UHGV virus genome: UHGV-0018584
Reading direction: 5' to 3' (one strand)
Length of the DNA: 47,561 bases
From: a virus
Notes under the pieces: generated by a model
Seen by the model: only the letters and a program-made list of their open reading frames with translations
The model's database searches: none
What the model was told of the DNA's origin: nothing
Part shown: piece by piece, positions 28,866 through 38,625 of the stretch
Layout of the letters: each line of letters begins with the position of its first letter
Position numbering within the stretch: position 1 is the stretch's first letter
Made by a program: the position numbers and the translations under genes

Positions 28866-29603
28866 TTGATTAGTGAAAGACTAAAAGTCGACTTTTCCCA
28901 CAAAGAACGCGACTGTATCAAAGAAGGTCTAGACAAGATGCTAGACGTCTTTGGCGATGCGTGCACGTTGCGACAGTTTGTGGCTGTACTTTTGCAGGAA
29001 GTGCAAGAGCTTTACGACGCCGCTGTTGAAGTGCAAAAGGCTCGTACACTGTACGATGCTACGGACAGCCGTCTTGACGGTATAGGCCGAATCGTTGGCG
29101 AAGATAGAAACACTTGGCACTATTCAGAGGACGGATATTTCCACTTTGACATACAGGGGGAAGGTTTTGAGCAGCTTCCTTGGTGGTGCATCAATGCTCC
29201 TCTTGAAACATACATCCCTGTAGAAGACTCTGTATATAAGCTTAATATACTTGCGCGTATTATAAAGAATCACACGCTTGTGGCTTCAGTACCAGAGTTG
29301 ATACGGTTCATAAAGCTGCTGCTTAATATCGACGTAAGTTTTTTGAAATTCGGCCCCAATACTGTTTGCCTTGTGGTACCAGAGAGCATAGATAAAAACT
29401 CACTGATGTACCTTACAATAAAAGTATCAGATACTCGCGTAGATGACAGTTATAGGATGCCCTATCCCGCAACGCTGAATCTTTGCGACGTAATCTACTT
29501 TTTGCCTGAAGGCGATGACATCAATCCTTTCTTCTTCGACAGAGACGAGCCTTTCCAATGGGACAACGGATACTTTGGAATAGGCGTACCGATAAATAAC
29601 TAG
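28866..29603 (+). CDS. Baseplate/tail protein (gpI / XkdU-like position)
   Basis: 245 aa with a TTG start, between baseplate J and the tail fibre. Confidence 0.4.
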   Translation: MISERLKVDFSHKERDCIKEGLDKMLDVFGDACTLRQFVAVLLQEVQELYDAAVEVQKARTLYDATDSRLDGIGRIVGEDRNTWHYSEDGYFHFDIQGEGFEQLPWWCINAPLETYIPVEDSVYKLNILARIIKNHTLVASVPELIRFIKLLLNIDVSFLKFGPNTVCLVVPESIDKNSLMYLTIKVSDTRVDDSYRMPYPATLNLCDVIYFLPEGDDINPFFFDRDEPFQWDNGYFGIGVPINN

Positions 29604-29616
29604 TGAGGATTACCAA

Positions 29617-30960
29617 ATGGCTGTACCACAGAGAACCTCCACTGTCGTGGGCGTATGGGCAAAAAACGCCAATACCACAATCCCTTCGCCTCCTGTCGTG
29701 GGACTTTCGTATAGGAATACCAATATCACGCAAGCGATTGTTGAAAAAGGTCAAACATATAAAGGAATTGGCGATAGCGCTGTATGGAACCAGTACCTTT
29801 TCAGTCTTGCCGAAACGGTCAGCTATCTTGACAAATACGGAATTCCGCCGTACAGTAATGCGACAACGTACCCGCAGTTTTCCATTGTCATGTGGACTGA
29901 TGGCAAGTTGTATCGTGCCAAGAGCGACGTACCAAAAGGTACGCCTCCCACAAACACCACATATTGGGAGCCCTATATCCCGGACGGCATTCAAATGGCT
30001 CCGGAAATTACCGCTGACGCCGGTATTACATTGTATGTCGACTATACAAAGTCCAAAAGTGACGATGGTTCGTCCGCTGCAAAGGCCTTTAAGAACTTTA
30101 CGGAATGCTTTGACGCTATTCGTACAAAGTATGCGGCCGCGAACGGTATGTTCCGTAGTTATAACTGGATTCCTCTATTTAAAATAGTCGCAAACGGTAA
30201 TGCGTCTAATACAATCGAAACAGGTGTTTGGCGCTTCCAGAGCGTAAACGTGGAAATCCAGTTCCAAAAGAATTTCACGCTACCCAGTCAGTTTGTTATA
30301 CAAGGTTCTGTTGTACGTCTGTCCGGTGCCGGAACTTTTACAGTCAATAATGAAGTGTACCCGACTAATAGTACATTGATGGTCGACTGTAACTTTGCTA
30401 CAAACAACTCAACTGGAAACGCTTTTACAGTACGAAACTCGAACGTTGAATTCGCGTCAGGGAAGACTTGCCAGTTGTCTGGTAGGAAAGGCTTGCAATC
30501 TTCTGGCGGCTTCTTTAACTTCAACGGAACCACGTCCGTCATGTCTACAGGAAGCGCTACTGGCGGCCAATTCGTAAACTCCGATATGTACATCGGTGGA
30601 AGCGCTACTTTTAATGCCACTGGCGCGCCCTCTGCCCTTGGCTTTTCGTCAGTACAAAGCGCTATTCGCATAGGTGTTGGCGCCACTTGTAATATACGTC
30701 AGCTTATCATGTGCGGCGGCGTTGTGGAGTGCAACGGCCGCTATTGTAGCGGCGGCGCGGCCTCTGACTATGGTATCATCAATCGCGGCGGCTTTTTTAT
30801 GCTTGGCGGTAACGGGTCTATAGGCTCTTTTGGAACAGCGCCTACCAATAAAGGCGCGGCCGGTGTTGGCGGCTTCTTTGAATGCGGAAGCACGGCCAAA
30901 ACCGCATGGCCCGGTAGCGGCGCATGGGTTGAGTATGGCGGCGCTTACTATCCACAGTAG
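29617..30960 (+). CDS. Tail fibre / receptor-binding protein
   Basis: 447 aa. The C-terminal half is Gly/Ser/Asn-rich and repetitive, consistent with a beta-helix. It is the last large structural gene. Confidence 0.6.
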   Translation: MAVPQRTSTVVGVWAKNANTTIPSPPVVGLSYRNTNITQAIVEKGQTYKGIGDSAVWNQYLFSLAETVSYLDKYGIPPYSNATTYPQFSIVMWTDGKLYRAKSDVPKGTPPTNTTYWEPYIPDGIQMAPEITADAGITLYVDYTKSKSDDGSSAAKAFKNFTECFDAIRTKYAAANGMFRSYNWIPLFKIVANGNASNTIETGVWRFQSVNVEIQFQKNFTLPSQFVIQGSVVRLSGAGTFTVNNEVYPTNSTLMVDCNFATNNSTGNAFTVRNSNVEFASGKTCQLSGRKGLQSSGGFFNFNGTTSVMSTGSATGGQFVNSDMYIGGSATFNATGAPSALGFSSVQSAIRIGVGATCNIRQLIMCGGVVECNGRYCSGGAASDYGIINRGGFFMLGGNGSIGSFGTAPTNKGAAGVGGFFECGSTAKTAWPGSGAWVEYGGAYYPQ

Positions 30961-30976
30961 ACTGGAGATATAGACT

Positions 30977-31234
30977 ATGGACTTTTATCCACAGACTTTT
31001 GGCTTTGTAAAACCCGATTATACAAAGACTTTTGCAATCGTGCCGTATGACGCGCAACCGGAAGACGAAGGCGTGACACTCATTCGGTTTTCCGATAAGG
31101 CCGAAGTCCTGTACGAAGACTTACCGGAAGGTTATAGGTTGTCACGTATCGAGTTGTGGCAGGAAGAGGGCCAAGAGTCTATCCACGGAAAAGAGGCCGC
31201 GCTTGCAAACATAGACACGCTCGTTAAAAAGTAA
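30977..31234 (+). CDS. Hypothetical protein (tail fibre assembly?)
   Basis: 85 aa after the fibre gene with an RBS. Confidence 0.35.
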   Translation: MDFYPQTFGFVKPDYTKTFAIVPYDAQPEDEGVTLIRFSDKAEVLYEDLPEGYRLSRIELWQEEGQESIHGKEAALANIDTLVKK

Positions 31235-31235
31235 C

Positions 31236-31280
31236 AAAACAACCCCCACAACAGCGATTGTTGTGGGGGTTGTTTTCAAA
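31236..31280. terminator. Strong bidirectional rho-independent terminator between the converging late and early blocks
   Basis: Stem AAAACAACCCCCACAAC / GTTGTGGGGGTTGTTTT. Confidence 0.8.
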
Positions 31281-31365
31281 AGCACCATGTCATGATGTAC
31301 ACTGTAGTAATCGCCAGACACAGAAGTACTAGCATCTCTTCAAAGTCAAAGTCGCGTCTTCGCAT
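31276..31365 (-). CDS. Small hydrophobic peptide (29 aa) coupled to the polymerase 3' end
   Basis: Minus-strand ATG at 31365 preceded by AGGAGGAG. Encodes MRRRDFDFEEMLVLLCLAITTVYIMTWCF. Absent from the ORF track because it is shorter than 60 aa. Confidence 0.35.
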   Translation of the reverse strand: MRRRDFDFEEMLVLLCLAITTVYIMTWCF

Positions 31366-31376
31366 CTCTCCTCCTC

Positions 31377-33197
31377 TTAGTCAGCAGCCGCCCAGTTTTC
31401 GCCAGTATGGCAATCCGCTATGAGCGGAACCTTAAGCTTTACGCACGTTTCCATCGTCTCTTTCAGCTCCGCAAGCGCTTCATGCCCTTCTTTTGTATCC
31501 GGTACGGATACATCTATCTCGTCATGTACAGTGATGTGCGGCTGTAGTACACTGTACAAGCCCTTATTGTAGCTGTCTACAAGTGCTTTTTTCATGATGT
31601 CGGCTGCTGTACCTTGGATAAGGCGATTGAAAAGCGAGTGCAACGCACGCGAAGGATGTACTCTTGCACGCCTCCCTAAAAGCGTAAAGATATAACCGCG
31701 CCTTTCAGCTTTTTTAATGACGGCTTGTCTAGTGACTTTTAGATATGGAGCAGCCCGATGGTATCCCTCCATAAACATTTCGGCTTCCTCTTCTGTCCAA
31801 TGGAATTTCTTTGCGGCCGTCTTATAACCCATGCCATACGACGCGCCGAAGTTCAAACGCTTAGATGTTCGTCTATCAAAATGTGTCAAATCCTCTATTC
31901 GTTTGTGGTAATCGGTTTTTGGATTTTCGTTGTAGGCCTTCCGCAAGTCATCTGAACCGGGGCCGATTGCGTAGTGAGCAGCTATCCTATACTCTACTTG
32001 TGAATAGTCTAGCTTGGCCCAGACACAATCTTCCTCCGGTATAAAAAGCCGTCTAAGTATCTGCCCTTGCAAAAGTTCGTCACCATCGGAGTAATCGTCA
32101 TCCTGCTGCGCAGAAACCTGCTGCAAGTTCGGCTTACTGGAGGAAAAGCGCCCCGATACAGCGCCAAAGCCGTCGCTTCGGAGCGGATGGAAGTTACAAT
32201 GTAACCTGTCTTTTACAAGAAAAGCTGTATACGGCTTTAGGAACATGTCGCACAAGGTATCGTAATGCCTATACTGTAAAACCTTTACAAGCATAGGTTC
32301 CTGCTTCGCAAGTTCCTTAAGAACATCGCCGTCCAATGACGGATTTCCTTTAAGGCCTTTCTTTTTCATTAGCTCCGTAGGCTCTTTTCTTGGGTACGCC
32401 AAGCCTTTTTTGTCAAGTATCTTGGCGAGTTGCGTAGTAGAGCCTATATTAAACTCACAACCTGCCCACGAAAGGATGCACTTGTGCAGGTCATACAGCT
32501 TATCGATTACGCGATAGCATGTCTTTCTGAATACAGTCAAGTTGATACGGACGCCCTGTTGCCGCATCCGCAAAAGCATTGGCAAAAGCCCGCGCTCTAT
32601 ACTGTATATCTCCAAAAGGCCTTGTCGCTCCATCTCTACAAGCTGCTTTCTGAAAAGCTGTACTACAAGCGAGGCGTCAAGCTCAGCATAGCGCCGTACT
32701 ACATCAGCAGGCATCTTATAGATATGCTCCCTTGCATCCTTGTACTTCCAGCCTTTTGCATCGCAGTACTCTTCAAGCTCTGTACTCGCTTTAGGCGCAA
32801 GGCCGTAGGTCTTTGCAAGCGCAGACAAGCTATAGCTTGTTCTATACTCGTCAAGCAGCGGTTCCGCGTATTGCACGTCATTCCAGCTACCCGCAACGGA
32901 AATCTGATACTTCTCTGAATGAAGCCAGTCCAAATCGTACAGGAAATTTGCGCCTACCTTTTGGTTAGGCGAAGACAAGATGTCCCGTATTATTTTCAGA
33001 TTGCGCTCTTTTGTCTCAGCGCTTGTATCAGGATGACCGATGTCAAGATAGACCGATACATCATCTGTGGAAAAGCTTACTCCACAGATATGCCCGCCGC
33101 CTCTATACATAGACGGCCCAAGCGTCAGCAAGTCGGGGTCGTGCGTCTCTATATCTACGCCTAGCAAGTCTGTCCGCTTGAAGATACCGTAGTCCAT
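31377..33197 (-). CDS. DNA polymerase, family A, with a 3'-5' exonuclease domain
   Basis: Exo motif DIETHD. Pol motif A is DYSQVEYR, motif B is RRTSKRLNFGASYGMGY, and motif C is VHDEI. AGGAGAGGG RBS. Confidence 0.9.
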   Translation of the reverse strand: MDYGIFKRTDLLGVDIETHDPDLLTLGPSMYRGGGHICGVSFSTDDVSVYLDIGHPDTSAETKERNLKIIRDILSSPNQKVGANFLYDLDWLHSEKYQISVAGSWNDVQYAEPLLDEYRTSYSLSALAKTYGLAPKASTELEEYCDAKGWKYKDAREHIYKMPADVVRRYAELDASLVVQLFRKQLVEMERQGLLEIYSIERGLLPMLLRMRQQGVRINLTVFRKTCYRVIDKLYDLHKCILSWAGCEFNIGSTTQLAKILDKKGLAYPRKEPTELMKKKGLKGNPSLDGDVLKELAKQEPMLVKVLQYRHYDTLCDMFLKPYTAFLVKDRLHCNFHPLRSDGFGAVSGRFSSSKPNLQQVSAQQDDDYSDGDELLQGQILRRLFIPEEDCVWAKLDYSQVEYRIAAHYAIGPGSDDLRKAYNENPKTDYHKRIEDLTHFDRRTSKRLNFGASYGMGYKTAAKKFHWTEEEAEMFMEGYHRAAPYLKVTRQAVIKKAERRGYIFTLLGRRARVHPSRALHSLFNRLIQGTAADIMKKALVDSYNKGLYSVLQPHITVHDEIDVSVPDTKEGHEALAELKETMETCVKLKVPLIADCHTGENWAAAD

Positions 33198-33215
33198 AAG
33201 CCCTCTCCTGTATAT

Positions 33216-33554
33216 CTACGCGTCTTCCGCTACGTTTTTGTAGTTGCTGTTATGCGCAGCTTTTGCACATTCCGGACTGCAATATTTCTGACGGCCGTTG
33301 CCGTAAAAGTCTTTTTTGCAAGACATAAGCGCACACTGCTTTTTAGTCTTTTCGACATGCACGACACGGCCGCTACGCTTGCAAGCATCACTGCAAAACT
33401 TTTGCGTGATTCGTTTTGCGGTAAATTCGTTGCCGCATATTGCGCACTTCTTTTTGTATTCTACAGGAGCAAAACCGCGACATTCTGTGCATATGAGGAC
33501 TTTTGCGTTATAGTTTGCCTTATATTCTTTTCCGCATTTTGTACAGATAGCCAT
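33216..33554 (-). CDS. Zinc-ribbon protein with multiple CxxC pairs
   Basis: CTKCG, CTEC, CAICG, CSDAC and CSPEC pairs are present. Confidence 0.5.
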   Translation of the reverse strand: MAICTKCGKEYKANYNAKVLICTECRGFAPVEYKKKCAICGNEFTAKRITQKFCSDACKRSGRVVHVEKTKKQCALMSCKKDFYGNGRQKYCSPECAKAAHNSNYKNVAEDA

Positions 33555-33557
33555 AGT

Positions 33558-34802
33558 CTACTTCCCCTCTTTACAAGCGTCTTCAAGACTTTTGCACTCA
33601 ATACGCGGCCAATGGGTATAGTCTGTCTTGTAAGGTTTATCGTATATAAGCTTTCTGAAGCCCGCGAAGTCCAGAAGCTTCAGGCATGCGTCACAAGGGC
33701 CGTGCGTTGTATATACAGTGCACTCTTCTGGCGCTGAGCGCTCTGCGACACCAGAGTACAAGTACTCTACTACAGCTCGCATTTCCGCATGTACAGACGG
33801 GCAGCTGTCTCCGTGCCAAGCATCCTCTTTACCGGCATCACGCACGCACTCAACGCACTCACCATCTTCCGCCCCGCCATAGCCACTAGCGACTACAAAT
33901 CCGCACTTGTCTATGATGACACATCCGCACTTTTTCTTTTTGCAAGGGGAGTCTTCCGCCTCTTTCCATGCAATGCGCATTACTTTTTTATGCAGACAAT
34001 CCGCATGTTTGTCTATTGACAGGAACTTTTTCTTGTAGTGTTTAAGGATTTCCTTATATATGAACGCAGATTTCACCGCGTCCTCTCTATTAAAGCTGTA
34101 GACTGTAGTCTGTAACTTCGCAACATCTTTTTCATATAGATGTAAAGAGCCTGCGCGATGACGGTATATGCCAAGCTTTACAGGCTGTCCAGTCTCACTA
34201 TGCAGACGCTCTTGCATCACCTGCCAGACAAGGGAAAAGAACGGCGCGTCATAGGGTAAGCCATAATTCAAATCACAACTCCGCATGTTTACAGTCATGT
34301 TCAATACAACGCCGTCGTCCGCACCTCGAATGCACATAAACTGTATGTGCATTGTACAAGGATTGTCATTGCTGATATACGCGTGTTCGTTGCTGTGCAA
34401 CACCATCACGGCTTTCTTTGAAAAAGGATTGTTGACAAGCGCGCTAAGCGCGTATTCAAACTGGGTAGAACCACGGCTATTGATGTCGTGAAATAGCAAT
34501 TTTCCGTAGTTGCTGTTTATCGTTTCTCCGTCATCGGAGCACCGTTTCCAAAACTTTGAGCACTTCATTGCATCTAGCAGCTTATCGGAACCGCTCAGAT
34601 AAAAGGCAAGCTCTTTGTCAAGATAGTCAAGCGAGGGCATCCTTTCCTTTAAAAAGCATTGAATTGGCTCAAAAAACACCAGCTCCGCATCCAGCAGCTC
34701 AAACAGAGTAGCGCCTTTCCTATTAGTGGAAACCCTATCAGGTCTGGTGATGACGCTATTGATAAGCCCGCCATACGACACGACATCCATGTTAAAAAGC
34801 AT
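33558..34802 (-). CDS. Thymidylate-synthase-family pyrimidine C5-modifying enzyme (Asp at the specificity position) fused to a dCMP-deaminase-like zinc domain
   Basis: ThyA core NPCTMHIQF...RSCDLNYGLPYDAPFF...HRAGSLHLYEKD aligns gap-free to E. coli ThyA PCHAFFQF...RSCDVFLGLPFNIASY...HLY. Asp replaces Asn177. The C-terminus has HAEMRAV and PCDACLKLL, the CDA zinc ligands. GGAGGGACG RBS. Confidence 0.75.
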   Translation of the reverse strand: MLFNMDVVSYGGLINSVITRPDRVSTNRKGATLFELLDAELVFFEPIQCFLKERMPSLDYLDKELAFYLSGSDKLLDAMKCSKFWKRCSDDGETINSNYGKLLFHDINSRGSTQFEYALSALVNNPFSKKAVMVLHSNEHAYISNDNPCTMHIQFMCIRGADDGVVLNMTVNMRSCDLNYGLPYDAPFFSLVWQVMQERLHSETGQPVKLGIYRHRAGSLHLYEKDVAKLQTTVYSFNREDAVKSAFIYKEILKHYKKKFLSIDKHADCLHKKVMRIAWKEAEDSPCKKKKCGCVIIDKCGFVVASGYGGAEDGECVECVRDAGKEDAWHGDSCPSVHAEMRAVVEYLYSGVAERSAPEECTVYTTHGPCDACLKLLDFAGFRKLIYDKPYKTDYTHWPRIECKSLEDACKEGK

Positions 34803-36213
34803 GTGTTTCGTCCCTCCACAGTACAGGATAACCGTTTTGCGTTTCCTGTAGCTTTACAGTGAGTTTTTCTTTTGCTCTTGTAATTGCTACGTAGTAGCAA
34901 CGTAACTCCGAATCCGGAGACTCTATAAGACTTTTATATGTCTTCCTACTACAGTCTAACGACAATATGACATGCGCGGCTTCCGCTCCCTTGCTTGCGT
35001 GAATGGTGTTCAACGTGACATTCGGTATAGTTTTTTCGTTATACCCGTTTGCAAGCAGCGCCCTGTAGTAATGCGCGTCCAAAAGCGTGTCATTGGCGTT
35101 TATGTACCAAGGGGCGGCGTCATCTACTATTGTAAAGTAGTCCTTATATAACTGTAACTTAGACGCGGTTTCTTCTGTCTTAGTTTTACGATGCTCTTCA
35201 AAAGCGTATATCGCTCGAAAGCACTTTTCATCAATACTTGAAACGCCTCTGTGGATATAAGGTACGCCTTTTTCCTTAAGCGACGCCTCAACTTGCCGCA
35301 TGTGATAGCGATTACGACAAAGGATAAGCGTGTCATCTTGCAGCTCACCAAGCTTGACTGCGCCCCATGTCGGCATGTGCTCTACCTCACCTTCCTTATC
35401 CCTAGGACGGTACACTTTTTCCGCTCGTCTGTCAATCAGCTTCAGTACTGTATCAGCTAGCCTATGCACTTGCTTTGGCACGCGGTAGCTCTGAGAGAGT
35501 ACTACAGTCTCATCACCACGGCGCAAAAACTCTGACACGTCCGCGCCGTTCCACTCATATATCGCTTGGTCGTCGTCGCCAGCGATATATACTGTATCAC
35601 AGTTGCAGAAAAGCTTGTCCACTATACGCCACTGCTGTGGAGTAAGGTCTTGCGCCTCATCCACGAAGGCCACTTTTACAGGCAAAGCGGTTCCTCTTTT
35701 TTCGTACTCTGTAAGCAAGTCAGCGTAGTCCAGCAGCCCGAAGTGCTTTTTGAAATTCAAGTAGTTAGCTGCTACAAAGAGCAGCTTCTTTTCGTCCAGA
35801 GACTCTATAAGCTTTTTGCAGTAGTGCACGTTGGCCTGTCGCATGAGCAGCGCAAAAAGATATGCGTTATCGCCTTGGTACATTTCCAGCTCCGGACTAT
35901 AATATCCTACAAAGTCCATACCTACAGCATCGGAAAACTTTTTATAGTCAGACTTGCCCATGATTTGTGACTTTTTAGCTCCGATGCTGGAAAAGCAAAG
36001 GGAGTGCAATGTGCGGAAGTAACGCATTTGCGATAACTGAAACCCGAACTTTTTGCGCGCCCTTGCTGCTCCCTCATACGCGCCGCGCTTTGTGAAAGAC
36101 ACAAAAGCGATTTCTTCTGGCGCGTAAGACTGTAACGTTTTTTCCATAAGGGAAAGTAGATACGTAGTCTTGCCTGTACCGGGAGGGCCGTATATCTTGC
36201 GCGTAGTCATCAA
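34792..36213 (-). CDS. SF1 DNA helicase (RecD / Dda-like)
   Basis: GPPGTGKTT Walker A, VDEAQDL motif II, and a C-terminal UvrD_C-like TIHASKGAE...YVAITRAKEKL. Confidence 0.75.
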   Translation of the reverse strand: MMTTRKIYGPPGTGKTTYLLSLMEKTLQSYAPEEIAFVSFTKRGAYEGAARARKKFGFQLSQMRYFRTLHSLCFSSIGAKKSQIMGKSDYKKFSDAVGMDFVGYYSPELEMYQGDNAYLFALLMRQANVHYCKKLIESLDEKKLLFVAANYLNFKKHFGLLDYADLLTEYEKRGTALPVKVAFVDEAQDLTPQQWRIVDKLFCNCDTVYIAGDDDQAIYEWNGADVSEFLRRGDETVVLSQSYRVPKQVHRLADTVLKLIDRRAEKVYRPRDKEGEVEHMPTWGAVKLGELQDDTLILCRNRYHMRQVEASLKEKGVPYIHRGVSSIDEKCFRAIYAFEEHRKTKTEETASKLQLYKDYFTIVDDAAPWYINANDTLLDAHYYRALLANGYNEKTIPNVTLNTIHASKGAEAAHVILSLDCSRKTYKSLIESPDSELRCYYVAITRAKEKLTVKLQETQNGYPVLWRDETHAF

Positions 36214-37913
36214 AAGTCGTCTTTTTCAGCGTCGAGGTTCACCAGCTCCTCTCCCTCAAGACTTTCGTCCATCTTTTCAAGAGCGGCTATAAGGTCATCT
36301 GTACTTTTGCTCACAGACGAGCGTGTCTTTACAGTCTTCTTTACTGTAGTTGAAATCTTTTCTTCCTGCTTTACAGTCTGCTCTACATCGGCTTCCCCGC
36401 CGTCCTCACGCGCCCCATTGAGTGCTGCTAGCGCCACCGTAGGAAAAACCCACGCCCTGAAGACTGCGTTGGCGGACTTGTCCAAAAACCTTCCAGCTGA
36501 CGCTCCGAGGGACTTTAATATCTTGTGAAGCTGGCGGATATTCAATGTTTTAACGCGTTTAACGCTTTCAAGATAGTCCACAAGGGCTTCCGCTTTGAAG
36601 ATATAGGCGGCCTTTTCCTTGTGAAAGTACACTTTGCCAAGCTTCACCTGCCCTATAGCAGGCGTCAACGCACGGCTTTCAAAGAAGTCAACGATATAGG
36701 ATTTCTGAATAGTTTCCTCGCTAAGCTGCTCGTCCTCCGGCACGTCCTCCATCTCAAGCTGCTCAAGTGAGCGGTTCAATAACGCCGTCCACTTATCGGC
36801 TTTCAATTTATTGGGACACTTATGTAAGTGTCTTATGCAATAGTCCATAAACTTCTCTTGCTGACGCAACTCTGCTTCGCTATAGAATATCATCTCAACG
36901 CCATTCACATACCATTTATAGTATGGAGGAAGCGCGTTGACCTGTACAAGCTTGCCAAAAGACAGGTTACTTACTGTATCAGAACCTTTTCCATACTCCC
37001 TTTTACTGCAAACTTCTTTGTTGCAAACACCTGAAAACAAAGGAAGTTCGCATTGATAGCTATAGTCGCCTTTCTTTTGTGAAAGTATTACAGTCCTTTC
37101 AAGTTCCTGTTGCGTCATTGGAGACTGTAGCGCGTTATTCACAAGCGCGAGTTTCTCTGGAAAAGCGTCTCCAAAACGTGCTTTCAAGTACGTTGCGACG
37201 TTGAAAAGATAGGTATTCCTATTATGGTTTTGCTCGCAGATTTCATCAGACATGAAAAGCGTCTGAAGGCATGGCGGCGCTGGCGAAAAGGGCAACTTTG
37301 ACAAAGCGGCCTTAAGGCTCCTCAAAGTGCATACTTTGTCGGCACAGGCCGCCATTGCAGCTTCAAACGACATCGGCTTGCCGTTATCATCATACGCATA
37401 ACGGCTTGTCTCTTCCCCGCCGAAATATGGCAAGTTTATCCAATTTCCTATACCATCCCCATGCAGCTTTCTTTGCTTAGGAAAAGTCTCCGTCTTCTGG
37501 TCAAGTGATAGGATAGCCTTTACTTCGCATAGCGTATCTATCACATCGGACGCATCGGGAGCATCGCTGAAAAAGGCGTAGGCATGTATACCGCCAGACT
37601 TGCTGCGGAAGCAAGTAAACGGCAAGTGAAACCGGCTAAAAAACTTGCAGTATTTCAGGGGGTTACTTGGGTATACGTCAATATCAATAGCCGCAAAGTT
37701 GACCTTATTGACGCCCCAAATAGGCGATATACCTATGCTTGTCTCCCCAAGTATGTGGCGGTAGTATAGCTCTTGAGTGACCGGCGCCCGCTTTGTGAAG
37801 CTTTTACCTTTTGCTTTTTCACCGTCTACAGTCTCTTCCGCAGGAATGTGCACGCCATACACATTCGGATTTCCTGTAAATAGCTGCTGAAATATCTCAA
37901 GAGCTATATTCAT
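36210..37913 (-). CDS. Primase-polymerase (archaeo-eukaryotic primase superfamily)
   Basis: AIDIDVY (DxD) and SGGIHAYAFF motifs of the Prim-Pol domain, plus a long C-terminal domain. Adjacent to the helicase. Confidence 0.65.
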   Translation of the reverse strand: MNIALEIFQQLFTGNPNVYGVHIPAEETVDGEKAKGKSFTKRAPVTQELYYRHILGETSIGISPIWGVNKVNFAAIDIDVYPSNPLKYCKFFSRFHLPFTCFRSKSGGIHAYAFFSDAPDASDVIDTLCEVKAILSLDQKTETFPKQRKLHGDGIGNWINLPYFGGEETSRYAYDDNGKPMSFEAAMAACADKVCTLRSLKAALSKLPFSPAPPCLQTLFMSDEICEQNHNRNTYLFNVATYLKARFGDAFPEKLALVNNALQSPMTQQELERTVILSQKKGDYSYQCELPLFSGVCNKEVCSKREYGKGSDTVSNLSFGKLVQVNALPPYYKWYVNGVEMIFYSEAELRQQEKFMDYCIRHLHKCPNKLKADKWTALLNRSLEQLEMEDVPEDEQLSEETIQKSYIVDFFESRALTPAIGQVKLGKVYFHKEKAAYIFKAEALVDYLESVKRVKTLNIRQLHKILKSLGASAGRFLDKSANAVFRAWVFPTVALAALNGAREDGGEADVEQTVKQEEKISTTVKKTVKTRSSVSKSTDDLIAALEKMDESLEGEELVNLDAEKDDF

Positions 37914-37926
37914 TGTGCGTTTCCCT

Positions 37927-38625
37927 CTATTTGCTGTACACTGTCACGTAAGTTTCCCAAAGTCCTTTTGCGAGCAGGAAAGCAAAGAACTCTTTGATGC
38001 CTACAATAACCGCTGCTTCAACGGACTGTAAGTCGACTGTGACAGGTACTGTATGAAGCGCTTTTACTCTGTAATCGTCTGCAATGTCTGGAGTTTCCCA
38101 TTCAGCGACGACATATTCGAAAGCTGATACGTTTTCAGAGAGACAGTAGAAAAGGTGCTGATAGCCTTTTCTATACTTGTCCTCTCTAAACCTGCCTGTC
38201 GTTTTAATGTCGACAATCTTACCCTTGAAGTCGGCTGTAGGTCTGAAAAGACAGTCTATCTTTCCTATATATCTTACATCGTGCATGTCTTCCATGAAAG
38301 GAACTTGCAAAGTCTTCTTTGTCCATACCTGCCATTCGCAGCCATGCACGCGGTTTACTATATCGATGTACGCATCAGAGCCTGTCAGCTTCCCTCCACA
38401 GTCGAGAATGCGCGTTCCGTACTGTACAGAACTTTCGAAATCCAGTCCTTTTTGTACTGCTGTTGTGGGCTGGAAAGGTTTACGCTCTAGCTTTTCCACT
38501 ATCTGCGTATACGCTGTCTGCTTCCACGAGTCAGGGCAAGTCCTGTAGAACCTATAGGCGTCCAACAACGTTGGCGATATTTTCAGCATCTGTCTTTCTC
38601 CCTGAAAGTATTGCAAGTTCTCCAC
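37927..38625 (-). CDS. PD-(D/E)xK family nuclease
   Basis: IGKIDCLF ... KIVDIKTT matches D...(D/E)xK. Confidence 0.5.
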   Translation of the reverse strand: MENLQYFQGERQMLKISPTLLDAYRFYRTCPDSWKQTAYTQIVEKLERKPFQPTTAVQKGLDFESSVQYGTRILDCGGKLTGSDAYIDIVNRVHGCEWQVWTKKTLQVPFMEDMHDVRYIGKIDCLFRPTADFKGKIVDIKTTGRFREDKYRKGYQHLFYCLSENVSAFEYVVAEWETPDIADDYRVKALHTVPVTVDLQSVEAAVIVGIKEFFAFLLAKGLWETYVTVYSK

